Part shown: one piece after another, positions 25,886 to 39,178 of the stretch
Layout of the letters: the number at the start of each line of letters is the position of its first letter
How positions within the stretch are numbered: the stretch's first letter is position 1
Source: Octopus vulgaris
Taxonomy: Eukaryota
NCBI GenBank assembly: GCA_951406725.2
Contig: OX597826.1
Coordinates: 71,114,001 to 71,178,000 of the forward strand
Direction of reading: 5' to 3'
Length of the DNA stretch: 64,000 bases
Notes under the pieces: generated by a model
The model's input: the letters and a program-made list of their open reading frames with translations, nothing else
Told to the model about the DNA's origin: nothing
The model's database searches: none
Made by a program: the position numbers and the translations under genes

Positions 25886-26107
25886 TAATAAAAACTTCGG
25901 CTTATTACCATATCATTACAAATGTTTGAAACATTTGAGATATTTGTCATTTGTTTCGCCAAATTTGCAGTAGTACAAACGAGTACTTCTCAATTTTGGT
26001 TCGTTATGATTGCAGAATGAACATGTTTTTGTGCAGAAATATTAGCCGGAAGTAAATCACAATAAAAGAAGACACGAAGTGGAAACGAGGAACTGGTGAT
26101 ACAGATT

Positions 26108-26334
26108 ATATTTCTTTACTACCCACAAGGGGCTAAACATAGAGTGGACAAACAAGGACAGACAGAGGGATTAAGTCGATTACATCGACCCCACTGGTAT
26201 TTAATTTATCTACCCCGAAAGGATGAAGGGCAAAGTCGACCTCGGCGGAATTTGAACTCAGAACGTAACGGCAGCACGAAATACGGCTACGCATTTCGCC
26301 CGGCGTGCTAACGCTTCTGCCAGCTCGTCGCCTT
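26108..26334 (-). mobile_element. SINE family A
   Basis: Reverse-complement match; TSD ctggtgatacagatta on both sides. Confidence 0.85.
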
Positions 26335-26633
26335 TACTGGTGATACAGATTAATATGTATCTTGTAGTGCCAAGATACCAGGGAAACTAGTATAATGGTA
26401 AATGATTGTTTTCACCCTTCTTTGATTTTATATCTTTTATGCGTCTCATTTTTTTGGACAGCAACCTTGAAGTATTTTCGTTGAACAAATCAACCCCAGT
26501 ACTTACTTCTCCTAAAGCCGTTGCCTAACCGCCAACTCATTGGGACACAAACATACAAAACAGTGGTCCAGTATGGTGGTGGTTGGGGAACAAATGCAAA
26601 TACAAGTCGTGACAAAGTATAATAAATATTCCT

Positions 26634-26732
26634 CACACTAATGAAAATGACAATACATAAATTTAATTATAATTACTATGGTTATAATTTTTTCTTACAT
26701 ACTTGTATTGTCCTTTGAAACGCGCGTATGTA
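26634..26732 (+). ncRNA. Degenerate type I minimal hammerhead ribozyme motif
   Basis: caca-CTAATGA-AAATGACAATACA...TGTATTGTCCTTT-GAAACGCGCGTA-tgta. Palindromic stem III; the core has a G5->A change. Confidence 0.45.
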
Positions 26733-27156
26733 TTGAATCCTATTTTGTATTAGATCTGATTTTGATTCAACATATTTCCTCCTCCATTTTTCTATAATTG
26801 TTTATGGTATTTTTATACCTATAACGGTATTTTCCAAATACTATTTTCATATTTTTATTACTTGCACTGGCTGTTTTTTTATGAATATGATGAATCTTTA
26901 TTAGAAATCATTTTTCTCTCTTTTTGAACCTCTCAAAAAGTTTGAATTGTTCTCTTTTGAACTTATTTTTTTCCTATGTATACATATATATATGTGTGTG
27001 TGTATATATGTTTGTGTGTAGTTGTGTATGGAGGGAATTATTCTGTTTTAATGCCTTATTAATTAATCCTTTCACCAATTCGATTTCCACTCATTTACCA
27101 ATTTGTTTTTTTACTAAAATGTTTGGGACTTCTTGCAACTTCTTCAATAGCTGTAT

Positions 27157-27157
<1 letters not shown>

Positions 27158-27232
<75 letters not shown>

Positions 27233-27270
27233 GCAGGCAGGCAGGCAGGCAGGCAGGCAGACAGACAGAC

Positions 27271-27353
<83 letters not shown>
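27158..27353. repeat. (GATA)n(GGCA)n(GACA)n(GATA)n
   Basis: Direct tandem arrays. Confidence 0.95.
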
Positions 27354-27355
<2 letters not shown>

Positions 27356-29200
27356 TGTATATGTGTGTATACAAACATACATAAATAAATGTATACACAT
27401 ATACACACATATATAAATAAATATATACATGAAACAAAAATAGACGTGTATGTGTGTGTGTATGCCTCTGTGTGTGTATGTCTGTGTGTGAGTGAGTATG
27501 TGTGTGTTTTGTGTGTATGTGTGTGTGTGTGCGCGCGCGCGCTTATATGTGTATATATCTGTTACCGAGAATATTGATGTTAATACATAACATATAAAAA
27601 AGATAGAAAGTGTGAAAGACTGAGTGAGAGAGGGCGAGAACAAGAGAAAGAGGCAGACAGACAGACAAACAGCAATGAGAAAGAGGAAGAAAAAAACAGC
27701 CATAAACACCAATCGTCTGCTGTCTTCCATTTTGCTGAAGGACATGATTAAGGTGCATTATCTTAAGAGAAAGACAAAACCAAGCTGCCTTTCAACACCA
27801 ACACCAATACTACACATTGTATACGTCATCTTAAAACTACTATCGATATTTAAAGCGAATATTTTTTCCGGAGATCGATAAAATAAGTACCAGTCAAGAC
27901 CTCAAGTAGACAATATAATCACTCTACCTAAGGTGATTCTTTCGAAGAATGTCTAGAACAATGATTCCCAACTTTTAATCATCACGGACTATTTTGGCTA
28001 ATCAATAATCCTCTACAGCCCTTCTTGGTTTGTTTGCTTTTTGTTTTTGTTTTTCAAAATATATATTGATATATTCCTTTTCTTCGAGAAATTTTCTTCA
28101 GTTTTGTTGAAGAGCACGGTCAATGCTGTGTTGTGGCTTTTATGTATCTTTCTTTTTCTATAAAGTATTCGTGAACATTTTACATCTTATCAAATACTAG
28201 CATTTCCGGGTCTTGACTGGATTTATAGCAACATAAGAGAAATTCTTACATAGTTTATGACTTTCCCATGCCAAATTTCGGCTACCTAGCTATAAAACTT
28301 ATGGCCTACAACCTGGAACATACATACAGACAGATGGACAGATAGACAGACAGAGTGGATTCTCTCGTCAGCTCCGAAGAATGAGAGCCATTATCATAAT
28401 CGTTTGACAACCCACTCACATGATGTTTTTAATGGTGAAGGCGGCTTATGTAAGGCCAGCCACACTTTTTGAAAACGCTGACTGCAGGAAGTTAGTGCAA
28501 ATGCTTCGCAAAAACTCAATGAATAACATATCCCATGCTTTTCCATTAGATCTCTCCATCTCTTGGGTTAGTTGCCTTCGACACTGCTTTATGTCCAACC
28601 TGCCCTACTCGACTAAATTCGAATCTGGGAACCAAATAAGAAATTATTAAGTCCTCGTGTATATATATATCACGTAATTGGATAGCCGTTGACTCGCCAA
28701 AGTTCATCCGCTCTTTGACGGGTCATGTTATTCATGCTGCAGGATGCCCAAGATCCGCCTTACTCGCCAAGCAGTCTTGGTGGTATTGCCGGTTTAGCCG
28801 ACCCGACTCTGCAGCGAGTTATACTGGACTACATGTTACCAGCAACGCTCAAGGGCAACCTGATATAAATACATACTTACAACAAATTTGCGCAAGAATC
28901 TAGAAATGCTAAGTTTTTCGAAGGAAGAGCAAAAGGAAGCGACGCGGATTTTCTAAATCTAATCTATTAGCGGCACAGTGAAGACTTGTAAAACATTCCA
29001 AAGATTCTTCATTTGAAATTCTTTAGTTGAATAAATGCACACACTTGGGTGTGTGCATCGACAGCTCAACCAAAACACCAACTCAACCACCTCTATACAA
29101 ACACTGGGAACTTTCTTACTTCAAAAGGTCTTGTCGCTTTGTTAGCGACCGGTTTGAACTCTCTTAAAAAGAACTTAAATAAAACTCAAAGAAATATACA

Positions 29201-29420
29201 AACGAGGAAGTGCTGAAAAGTTCCTGACCTTAAGGGTATCACGAAAGGCTTGGTTTGAAGCCCAACTTTCCGAGTTCTTTTACAGAACTTAGAAAAACTG
29301 AAGGACCGCTGCAATAAGTGTGTGAATCTGAGTTGGGAATGTGTTGGATAAACTCATAATTAACTGGTTTTCCTTATTTTCTTTTACCCAAAAAAGGAAC
29401 TTTTCAATACGCCCCCTCAC
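29201..29420. mobile_element. Tc1/mariner-type MITE (copy of 8564-8783)
   Basis: Collinear similarity and the same TIR. Confidence 0.6.
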
Positions 29421-29850
29421 GTGCACACACTTTTATATATTATTAGCTTAAAAGCCACACTCTGTGCAGACTTTTAAGCTGGCTCCTGCGGAGGATTAAT
29501 TAGGCTTGCGGCCCAAAACGAAAGACAGCGATAATAATAAAGCATTTATTGGTACCCTATCAAAATGGTATTACTTTCAATTCAGTTGAAATGAAAAACT
29601 TGTAAGTTCACAAATTTTGGGAGTTCTTTCAAAATTTTAATTTTCAACTGTTAGCATATAACAAATCCTCATCCAGACCTGATCCCCGTGTTGGATATTC
29701 AAGAACCAAATGAAAGGCAGATTTTCAATTCTAGGATCATCCTGATTCCAAAACAGTATAATATGTCTATGTAGAGCAAATGTAGACTGAGATACAGGGG
29801 TCCCAGATGGACAGACAGAATTTCGCGTTTATTATTATTATTATTATTGC

Positions 29851-29899
<49 letters not shown>

Positions 29900-29900
29900 A

Positions 29901-29955
<55 letters not shown>

Positions 29956-30175
29956 GAAATCTTCTCTCAATAATTATAGATAGATTTCATAAGTAAAATA
30001 TTTTCTCTCCACATTTATCCACTAGAACAACTCATTAGATACTCAGCAGAGTATCTCTACGTTCCAAGTTCAAATCCTGTCAGGGTCCTTCCAGAGTTTC
30101 CTTAAAATAGATAGTAGTAGTCAACCAGTATCTTTCAGTTATCTCGTTAAGTCTCAATGGTGGCGGTGGTGCCTC

Positions 30176-30221
<46 letters not shown>

Positions 30222-30768
30222 TGGCGGCGGCGACGGCGATGGTGGTTTTTCGACTCGTAGTCTCCTTCATTATCTCGCTAAATAGCAGTTAAGAATTGAA
30301 GTCGATTTAATTGCCTTCAGCCCCACCCTGCTCCATTATTTACGGCCTTGTACCGATCTAAGAAATCGATGTTAAACACATATATTTAGCAATACAGAAT
30401 GATTGATTGATTGATTGATTCCTTTCCTTTATTGATTATAACTTTTCCAAACACTATTTCTTCTGTTTCCTTTCCTTCGGCCGACCATTGTCTTGTCTTT
30501 AATTCCGATTCTTTTCTTCCTCAAACATTTTGAAGAACATAATAGAAGAACATCAGTCGTTATCGCCGCTACCTAAGACCATAGATTTACTCGGAGTGCT
30601 TATATCTTTTGTTTATTTAACTCGGAATTACAAATTGTGGTTTAATGAGAAGTCGCCGAAAAAAATATTGCGTCTTAGTTCAGTTATCTGCCTTATCTAT
30701 CGGTTAAATCGATGGGTATGTAGACAAACAGACAGATAGACAAATAGACACACAAGCAGACAGACAGT

Positions 30769-30769
<1 letters not shown>

Positions 30770-30835
<66 letters not shown>

Positions 30836-30997
30836 GTAGCTTTGTAGGTAGGTAGGTAGGTAGGTAGGTAGGTAGGTAGGTAGGTAGCTAAGTAGCTAGG
30901 TAGGTAGCTAGGTAGGTAGCTAGGTAGGTAGCTAGGTAGGAAAGAAGGAAAGTAGGTAGGTTGATAGATAGGGGGAGCAAGATGGAGATAGATAGAC

Positions 30998-31039
<42 letters not shown>

Positions 31040-31102
31040 ACAGACAGGCGGACGGACGGACGGACGGACGGACGGATGGATGGATGGATGGATGGATGGA
31101 TG

Positions 31103-31201
<99 letters not shown>
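30770..31201. repeat. Compound tetranucleotide array GATA-GGTA-GGCA-GGAC-GGAT-GATA
   Basis: Direct tandem arrays. Confidence 0.95.
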
Positions 31202-31818
31202 TACACTATGGATAGGTTAGTCCAGTCAAGTTGGAAGGTTTATCTCTAATTCCTGCATTGATGATGCGGATGAGAATGATGTTGTGTGGCAAGGTCAGGA
31301 AAGTGGTGAGAATACCTTCAATGAATAATGTCTTGAAGCAGCATCTGAAAAGGAGAATCCATCAAGGAAGCTTTTGGAATACAGTACATGAGAAGGAGTT
31401 GTGAGATGAATTCATTGACACCCCATCGTCAAAATAGCTGGAAAGAGGTAGAATTTATTCAGGTCTCAAGGACGATAAGCAAAAGTTAGAGGAAACATAG
31501 AGCTAAAAGTGGTTGTTGGGGTGAGTGCATAAAACAATACATTTCATTTCATTCAGCTGGCAAATATGAGTTCTACCTATAATTTAAAAGCCATCTTTGT
31601 CACATTCTATGTCATACTTATAATTTTAACCATATTTCAATGATGACGTGACATTATTCGAGAAAGCACATTTCAAGGTTTCCATACATCCAAAGTATAT
31701 AATGGTCTGAATCTCCATGAGACCATATTAAGGCTATGCGTATCTGTGGAGTGCTCGGCCACTTGAACGTTAATTTCACGAGCAGGCTGTTCCGTTGATC
31801 GGATCTACTGGAACAGTA

Positions 31819-32233
31819 AGGCGGCGAGCTGGCAGAATTGTTAGCACGCGGGCGAAATGCTTAGCGGTATTTCGTCTGCCGTTACGTTCTGAGTTCAAAT
31901 TCCGCCGAGGTCGACTTTGCCTTTCACCCTTTCAGGGTCGATAAATTAAGTACCAGTTACGCACTGGGGTCGATGTAATCGACTTAATCCGTTTGTCTGT
32001 CCTTGTTTGTCCTCTCTGTGTTTAGCCCCTTGTGGGTAATAAAGAAATAGGTATTTCGTCTGCCGCTACGTTCTGAGTTCAAATTCCGCCGAGGTCAACT
32101 TTGCCTTTCATCCTTTCGGGGTCGATTAAATAAGGACCAGTTACGTACTGGGGTCGATGTAATCGACTTAATCCGTTTGTCTGTCCTTGTTTGTCCTCTC
32201 TGTGTTTAGCCCTTTGTGGGCAGTAAAGAAATA
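31819..32233 (+). mobile_element. SINE family A dimer
   Basis: Junction at 32050; TSD ggatctactggaaca around the whole dimer. Confidence 0.9.
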
Positions 32234-32817
32234 GGATCTACTGGAACAAAGAAAAAATGACTCACCCCAGACACAACAGACTCCACTGGAAAGAATTAAA
32301 ATAAATAGAAAACAAAACAAACAAAAATGAACGAATATATCTGACAACGCAGTAGTGTTAGTTTGAACTGCCCGACCCTTTGCAAAGAATGTCTTCAGTT
32401 TTGATATAAAATGCTCTTGCGCAGAATCATATTCTTCGTGCAAGTGTAACAAAGCAAATTGGATACGTACCCGCTTCACGCTTTCGCAACTGTAAATAAC
32501 TTATAGACATTTCCAAATAATCTGACTTTGATTAATATCTGTATGCTCATTACAAATTTTAAAACTCTTTCCACAATTCATAAAACTTTTTCTTGCCTGT
32601 AAATACTTTGTCTTCTGTGAATTTTGGCTGCTTGAAGTCTTTGATCATTCATGTTATATAATATTATATAAATTCTGACGTTAGCTTTCACCTGAAATAA
32701 TTGCACATACAATTGCCGATCTTCAGCAGAAAGCAAATAACATCAAACATACATGTTCAGATAGAACCGTCAATTTATATATTACAGTTATTCGAATATC
32801 ACCATTTTCCTCACTAG

Positions 32818-32944
32818 ACACACACACACACACACACACACACTAAAACACATTTAAACACACACACAAACACACAAACACACACACACAAACACACAAA
32901 CACACACACGCACATACAAACACACACACACACACACAAACACA

Positions 32945-32992
<48 letters not shown>

Positions 32993-33143
32993 AACACACA
33001 AACACACACACACGCACAAACACACAAACACACACACACACAAACACACACACAAACACACAAACACACACACAAACACACACACACAAACACACACACT
33101 CAAACACACACACACAAACACACACATGCACACACACACACAC
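32818..33143. repeat. Interrupted (CA)n
   Basis: Direct tandem array. Confidence 0.95.
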
Positions 33144-33429
33144 TCCTAGCAGATTTTCGCAAAGCCCCTTATTTGGGTTGATCGTTTTCGACCCAATCTG
33201 ATAGTGTAACTTTAGGTCGTTACCTTTTATGCAACACCAGCGAGTAAACTGTTGTGTCAATCTGAATTGGCTGCTTGGCGAGGTACCTCACTTGTACTGC
33301 AATCTAATCTGCTGAAGAATACTGTGTTCGAGAGCGTTGTATACATTGCAGTTTACCACACATTTAAGTCTATTTAGCCAACGCTAAGCTACGGTATTCA
33401 GCAATTGCACTAGATTATATAATATTGGT

Positions 33430-33813
33430 GTGGAGGCGCAATGGCCCAGTGGTTAGGGCAGCGGACTCGCGGTCGTAGGATCGCGGTTTCGATTCCCAGA
33501 CCGGGCGGTGTGAGTGTTTATTGAGCGAAATCACCTAAAGCTCCACGAGGCTCCGGCAGGGGATGGTGGTGATCCCTGCTGTACTCTTTCACCACAACTT
33601 TCTCTCACTCTTACTTCCTGTTTCTGTTGTACCTGTATTTCAAAGGGCCGGCCTTGTCACTCTCTGTGTCACGCTGAATATCCCCGAGAACTACGTTAAG
33701 GGTACACGTGTCTGTGGAGTGCTCAGCCACTTACACGTTAATTTCACGAGCAGGCGGTTCCGTTGATTCGGATCAACCGGAACCCTCGTCGTCGTAACCG
33801 ACGGAGTGCTTCC
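33430..33813 (+). mobile_element. tRNA-derived SINE family B, full length
   Basis: tRNA-like head GGAGGCGCAATGGCCCAGTGG...GGTTTCGATTCCC; 11-bp TSD ATAATATTGGT (33419-33429, 33814-33824). Confidence 0.9.
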
Positions 33814-34232
33814 ATAATATTGGTTCCATTTTTAGCACAAGGCCAGCAAGATCGGGGCAGTGGGTAAGTTGATTACATCCACCCCAGTGCTCAGCTGGTT
33901 CTTGTTTTATTGACCCCAAAAGAATGAAATGCAAAGTCGACGTCGGTGGAATTTGAACTCAGAACGTAAAAACGGATGAAATGAAATGCCGCTAAGTATT
34001 TCGCTCGATGTGTTAACGATTCGGCCAGACGACTCCTAACCACATTACATAATATTGAACTACGTTAACTTACACAACACAGCATTATACTACACGTCAA
34101 ATATATTGGGTTGTCCGGAAAGTTCGTGCCGATTTGTAGTAGCTTACCTTCCGACTTATTTTAGAACATGGTTGGGTTCATAAAATGTGCATATACACAT
34201 GTGTGCGCGTGAGTATATATACGCATATATTG

Positions 34233-34453
34233 AAGGCGGCAAGCTGGCAGAAACGTTAGCACGCCGGGCGAAATGCGTAGCCGTATTTCGTCTGTCGTTA
34301 CGTTCCGAGTTCAAATTCCGCCGAGGTCAACTTTGCCTTTCATCCTTTCGGGGTCGACAAATTACGCACTGGAGTCGAAGTAATCGACTTGATCCCTTTG
34401 TCTGTCCTTGTTTGTCCCCTCTGTGTGTAGCCCCTTGTGGGTAGTAAAGAAAT
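34233..34453 (+). mobile_element. SINE family A
   Basis: Head, central domain and tail all present. Confidence 0.85.
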
Positions 34454-34877
34454 ATATATATATACACACATATAGAGAGAGAGCGAGAGAGGGAGGGAGA
34501 GAGAAAGGGAAGAGGAGAGAGAGAGACCGTGTTACTTGTAGTGATGTAGTAATGGTGATACCGCTGGTGGCGGTGGAGACGATGGCAGCGGCGGCGACGG
34601 TGGTGGTGCTGGTGGTGTTGGTGTTTGTGGTGCTGGTGGTAGTGGTAGTGGTGGTCGTCGTCGTTGTCGCCGCCGTCGCTGCTCAGAGACTGTTATTACT
34701 CTTGTCGAAAGTATTGAATATTTTATGAACAGCGCTGTTTAGATGTAATTTTGATTTACCATAATGACGTCCTTTTCTCTGTCCTGCGCTTTGTACATGA
34801 TTTGTTACAGCAAATTAAACTAGCAACAACAGCAGCGACAAAGAACAGGCAACAACACTAACAACAAAAACAACACC

Positions 34878-35951
34878 GACGACGTCAACGACGACGACGA
34901 TGCGGAGGAGGAGTACGACGTCAACGACGATGCGGAGGGGGAGTACGACGACGATGCGGAGGGGGAGTACGACGCCGACGACGATGCGGAGGGGGAGTAG
35001 ACGCCGACGACGATGCGGAGGGGGAGTACGACGCCGACGACGATGCGGAGGGGGAATAGACGCCGACGACGATGCGGAGGGGGAGTAGACGCCGACGACG
35101 ATGCGGAGGGGGAGTACGACGCCGACGACGATGCGGAGGGGAGTACAACGCCGACGACGATGCGGAGGGGGAGTACGACGCCGACGACGATGCGGAGGGG
35201 GAGTAGACGCCGACGACGATGCGGAGGGGAGTAGACGCCGACGACGATGCGGAGGAGGAGTAGACGCCGACGACGATGCGGAGGGGGAGTACAACGCCGA
35301 CGACGATGCGGAGGGGGAGTACGACGCCGACGACGATGCGGAGGGGCAGTACAACGCCGACGACGATGCGGATGGAGAGTACGACGCCGACGACGATGCG
35401 GAGGGGGAGTAGACGCCGACGACGATGCGGAAGGGGAGTACGGCGCCGACGACGATGCGGAGGAGTACGACGCCGACGACGATGCGGAGGAGTAGACGCC
35501 GACGACGATGCGGAGGGGGAGTACAACGCCGATGACGATGCGGGGGGGAGTACACGCCGACGACGATGCGGAGGGGGAGTACAACGACGATGACGATGCG
35601 GGGGGAGTAGACGCCGACGACGATGCGGAGGGGAAGTAGACGCCGACGACGATGCGGAGGGGGAGTACGACGCCGACGACGATGCGGAGAGGGAGTAGAC
35701 GCCGACGACGATGCGGAGGGGGAGTAAGACGCCGATGACGATGCGGAGGGGGAGTACGACGCCGACGACGATGCGGAGGGGGAGTACGACGCCGACGACG
35801 ATGACGATGCGGAGGAGGAGTACGACGCCGACGACGATGACGATGCGGAGGGGGAGTACGACGCCGACGACGATGACGATGCGGAGGGGGAGTACGACGC
35901 CGACGACGATGCAGAGGGGGAGTAGACGCCGACGACGATGACGATGCGGAG
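34878..35951. repeat. GC-rich 27-36 bp minisatellite (GACGCCGACGACGATGCGGAGGGGGAGTAC)n, ~35 units
   Basis: Direct tandem array; unit lengths vary out of frame. Confidence 0.95.
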
Positions 35952-35999
35952 GATTGTTGCAAAACGATGGGATAAAGGAAAGATAAATGAGAGAGGAAA

Positions 36000-36640
36000 T
36001 TACTAAAGCGTACAAGTGGAGAATTCAGAAATAAAATTAAATGGAGGGTATATCATTAAAGCAATAGATACATGGGTTATCTCAGTTTTAACATATTCTG
36101 TTCCCTTTTCGAAATGGATACAGGTCAAGCTACAGAACTTGGACAGAAGAAAAAGAAAGTTGCTCACAATAGACAGCTCATACCATAGGAATTACAACCG
36201 TGTTTCGTGGTCTGCTACCACAACAGCTCCTTTATAGAATCCAGTTAGCTCAAGACACCATCAGGAGGAACCACGTCCGGTTCCGGCCCCTACACCTCTA
36301 CCGTTTTGACGTGGCGGGGCCCCCGCTTTCGGAGGTGTCTTCACCTCTGGTGTTGGGTACATGTCTTCTTTCTTCTTCTTTCTTCTGTTCCCTGGCCTCT
36401 TCGGTGTGGCGTCAACGAGTGTCAGCCGGCGACTGTAATACTGTAATACCGAGAGACTCTACCTACCAAGAAAGAAGGGTGGCATAGGATTACAAAACGC
36501 AGAAGACACCGTTAGTTCTGCAATAATGGGGTTGAAGAACCATGTTGTGAGGAATGAAAAAAGAATACTATCGACAGCCAGAGACGCCTACAAAGCTACC
36601 GAAACAGTAAGAGAATTCAAGACCAGCTGGAAAAACAACA
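36000..36640 (+). mobile_element. RLE-type (R4/Dong-like) retrotransposon RT remnant interrupted by a ~250-bp insert
   Basis: IKAIDTWVISVLTYS...W...LQNLDRRKRKLLT, and after the insert ERLYLPRKKGGIGL. Both are typical post-RT motifs of R4-like elements. Confidence 0.65.
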
Positions 36641-36644
36641 TATA

Positions 36645-37510
36645 TATTTAAATGATAAACTTCCGAAAAGTTTTACAGATTTTTACAGTTCCAGTAATGG
36701 ATTGGATCTGTAGTCTTCGAATTAACTTTCACCTTTCTGGTTTTGAGAAGCCTAATTTCTCAAGATTGGTATTTAGGCCGTGTGTTACATACACAGGGCC
36801 CCAATAATTACAGGTATAAACCTGAACTTGTAATCTGGATTGTGTAACTGCATATTTCTCAATTGTTCAGCATAGGTGTTCTGTTTTTCACTGATCTTCA
36901 GTTTTATGTTAACATCTGCTGGGCAGCTAATTTCCACAACTGTGCACAGTTTCTCTTCTCTATCCCAAATCATGATATCAGGTCTGTTGTGCTTACATTT
37001 TATTGAGGTCTTCACTGGTATATTCCACCAGTATTCCTTTTCATTATGAGTGGCTATGGCTTCTACCATATGGTTTTTTATTTCTTTCATTATAGAATGT
37101 CTTAGCTGCAACGCCATGTCTTCTCGGTAGATAATACCGTGATGACATTTTCGGACAACTGCTTATGATGTGGGTGATATCTTCGGTGTGAACTCAATAA
37201 AGAATGCATCGGTTGTCTCATTTTACGGCTTTTCCAGCATCTCTATCCCTTTTGTGCATTACGTACATGGTTGATATTTCCTGTTCCTGGATTGCAAATG
37301 CTTTCCCTTCAAAGAGGGAGGTGGTAATCCGGTTATTGGTCCATGATAAACAGCTTTGATGATCGATGTTACTACCATCACGGTGCTTTCTACTAACATA
37401 TCTATGCATAGTCATCTGCTCATATAGGTTCATCCTTTCATCTTATGATATGTTGCAGTCGAGTCGTGCGACTTCTTTGGGCATGATAAGCATTTAGGCA
37501 GTGTGTTACA
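36645..37510 (-). mobile_element. RLE-type (R4-like) retrotransposon 3' fragment: CCHC knuckle plus PD-(D/E)xK endonuclease
   Basis: EDITHIISSCP, RH, NRPDIMIWD...VVEISCP...SEK...IPVIIGALG-like motifs, ending GTVKICKTF. Multiple frameshifts. Confidence 0.85.
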
Positions 37511-37639
37511 TATCCCAGGGTCCCAATAATGTATGAATGTATGTATGTATGCATATATTTAGTAAAATCAATAAAAAGTGTACAGTGAACTTGCCATGAG
37601 ATCTAACGTTTCTTCAGAGAAAATTTATAATTTATGTAC

Positions 37640-38765
37640 AAAAACCGAAATTTGGAAACTGTTGTCCTGCTGATGTGAATACCTCTTCGAAAACTAAAGA
37701 GAAAGAAGATAACTACAGACATCTGCTTCGAAGCCTTCAGTTTCTATAGCCAGATTATAAACTCATATTTAGACCAATTATAATTGGTGATCTTGATTAG
37801 TGAGTAAATACCAAAGTGACAATTTAGATCATGGTTTCCCGACCGTTTTTTTTATCTCTGGACCCCTTTGATCCCTATTTTATTCTGGTGGACCCCCATA
37901 GCCATTTGATGTTTAAAAACTAGTTTTTTAGAAACTTCTTTCGAAATTCTTATTTTGTTTTCCTCACATTAACGTGTGTAGGATGAACTAGGTAAAATGG
38001 CAGAAACGTTAGCACACCGGGCGAAATGCTTTGCGGTATTTCGTCTGCCGTTACGTTCTGAGTTCAAATTCCGCCGAGGTCGACTTTGCCTTTCACCCTT
38101 TCAGGGTCGAATAAATAAGTACTAGTTACGCACTGGGGTCGATATAATCGACTTAATCCGCTTGTCTGTCCTTGTTTGTCCCCTCTGTGTTTAGCCCCTT
38201 GTATGTAGTAAAGAAATACGTATTTCGTCTGCCGCTACGTTCTGAGTTCACATTCCGCCGAGGTCGACTTTGCCTTTCATCCTCTCGGGGTCGATAAATT
38301 AAGTACCAACTACGCACTGGGGTCGACTTAATCCCTTTGTCTATCCTTGTTTGTCCCCTCTGTGTGTAGCCCCTTGTGGGCAGTAAAAAAATAAGAAAGA
38401 AACTTTGTTGTTTTTTGCAATATTTACCAATACATACATCTAAAGCAAAATTTTTTTCAGGGATCCTTAAAATATTGTAGATTCCCAATTTACTATTCTG
38501 GGATACTCAGGGACCATATGGACCCTGGTTGAGAGCCACTGATTTAGATGAACTAACGTTTTCAGAGAAAGAAATTAACCTACTAATTCGCACACCGCAA
38601 ATGAAATCTCTAAGCGGAACAGTGAAAATATGCAAGACATTTTTCAAGTTCAAAATGTGATATTATTTTTTGCTATCCACATCCCAATGATGGGGCTTTG
38701 TCTCTTTGTTAGAGACCCGTTCCTTCCTTACATGAAGATTTCAAATAATTTAAAATAAAAAAGAA
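37640..38765 (+). mobile_element. Second RLE-type element 3' end, split by a hAT MITE and followed by (CATA)n
   Basis: CPADVN..KEKEDNY..LQF..PDYK..PIIIG before 37830 and SGTVKICKTFFKFKM* after 38542. 3'UTR then (CATA)n from 38766. Confidence 0.75.
37830..38541. mobile_element. Non-autonomous hAT (Charlie-like) element with nested SINE A dimer (37998-38395)
   Basis: 8-bp TSD ATTTAGAT (37822-37829, 38542-38549); imperfect TIRs CATGGTTTCCCGACC / GGTTGAGAGCCACTG. Confidence 0.85.
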
Positions 38766-39073
38766 CATACATACATACATACATACATACATACATACAT
38801 ACATACATACATACATACATACATGCATACATACATACATACATACATATAAAAGAATATGAAAGGTACAACGCAACAGGGAGCCAAAACGTGCAGGATT
38901 CTTATATCATTTACTTAAATTTAATTGCATAATCTCCCTTAATCCCTTTAATCCTTTCAAATCTGCCAGATGAATCGTCAGCTTGCTATTTCAAGACGAA
39001 CCCCTCACTTCGTTAATTGCTATCATTTCATTATATTTTTCATTTTCATACGAACGTATGAGTGGCTGTGTAT

Positions 39074-39178
<105 letters not shown>

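Noticed and set aside
28715-28750. HVIHAAG resembling a macrodomain motif
   Set aside because: Only 7 residues; no other macrodomain motifs in frame.
33430-33505. tRNA gene-like heads (also 22557, 46940, 49350, 53651)
   Set aside because: They lack a complete acceptor stem, continue into conserved SINE bodies, and several are flanked by TSDs.
34815-36015. Long Arg/Pro/Ser-rich ORFs (246-380 aa)
   Set aside because: Unit lengths vary out of frame and all three minus frames are open, which marks a minisatellite artefact.
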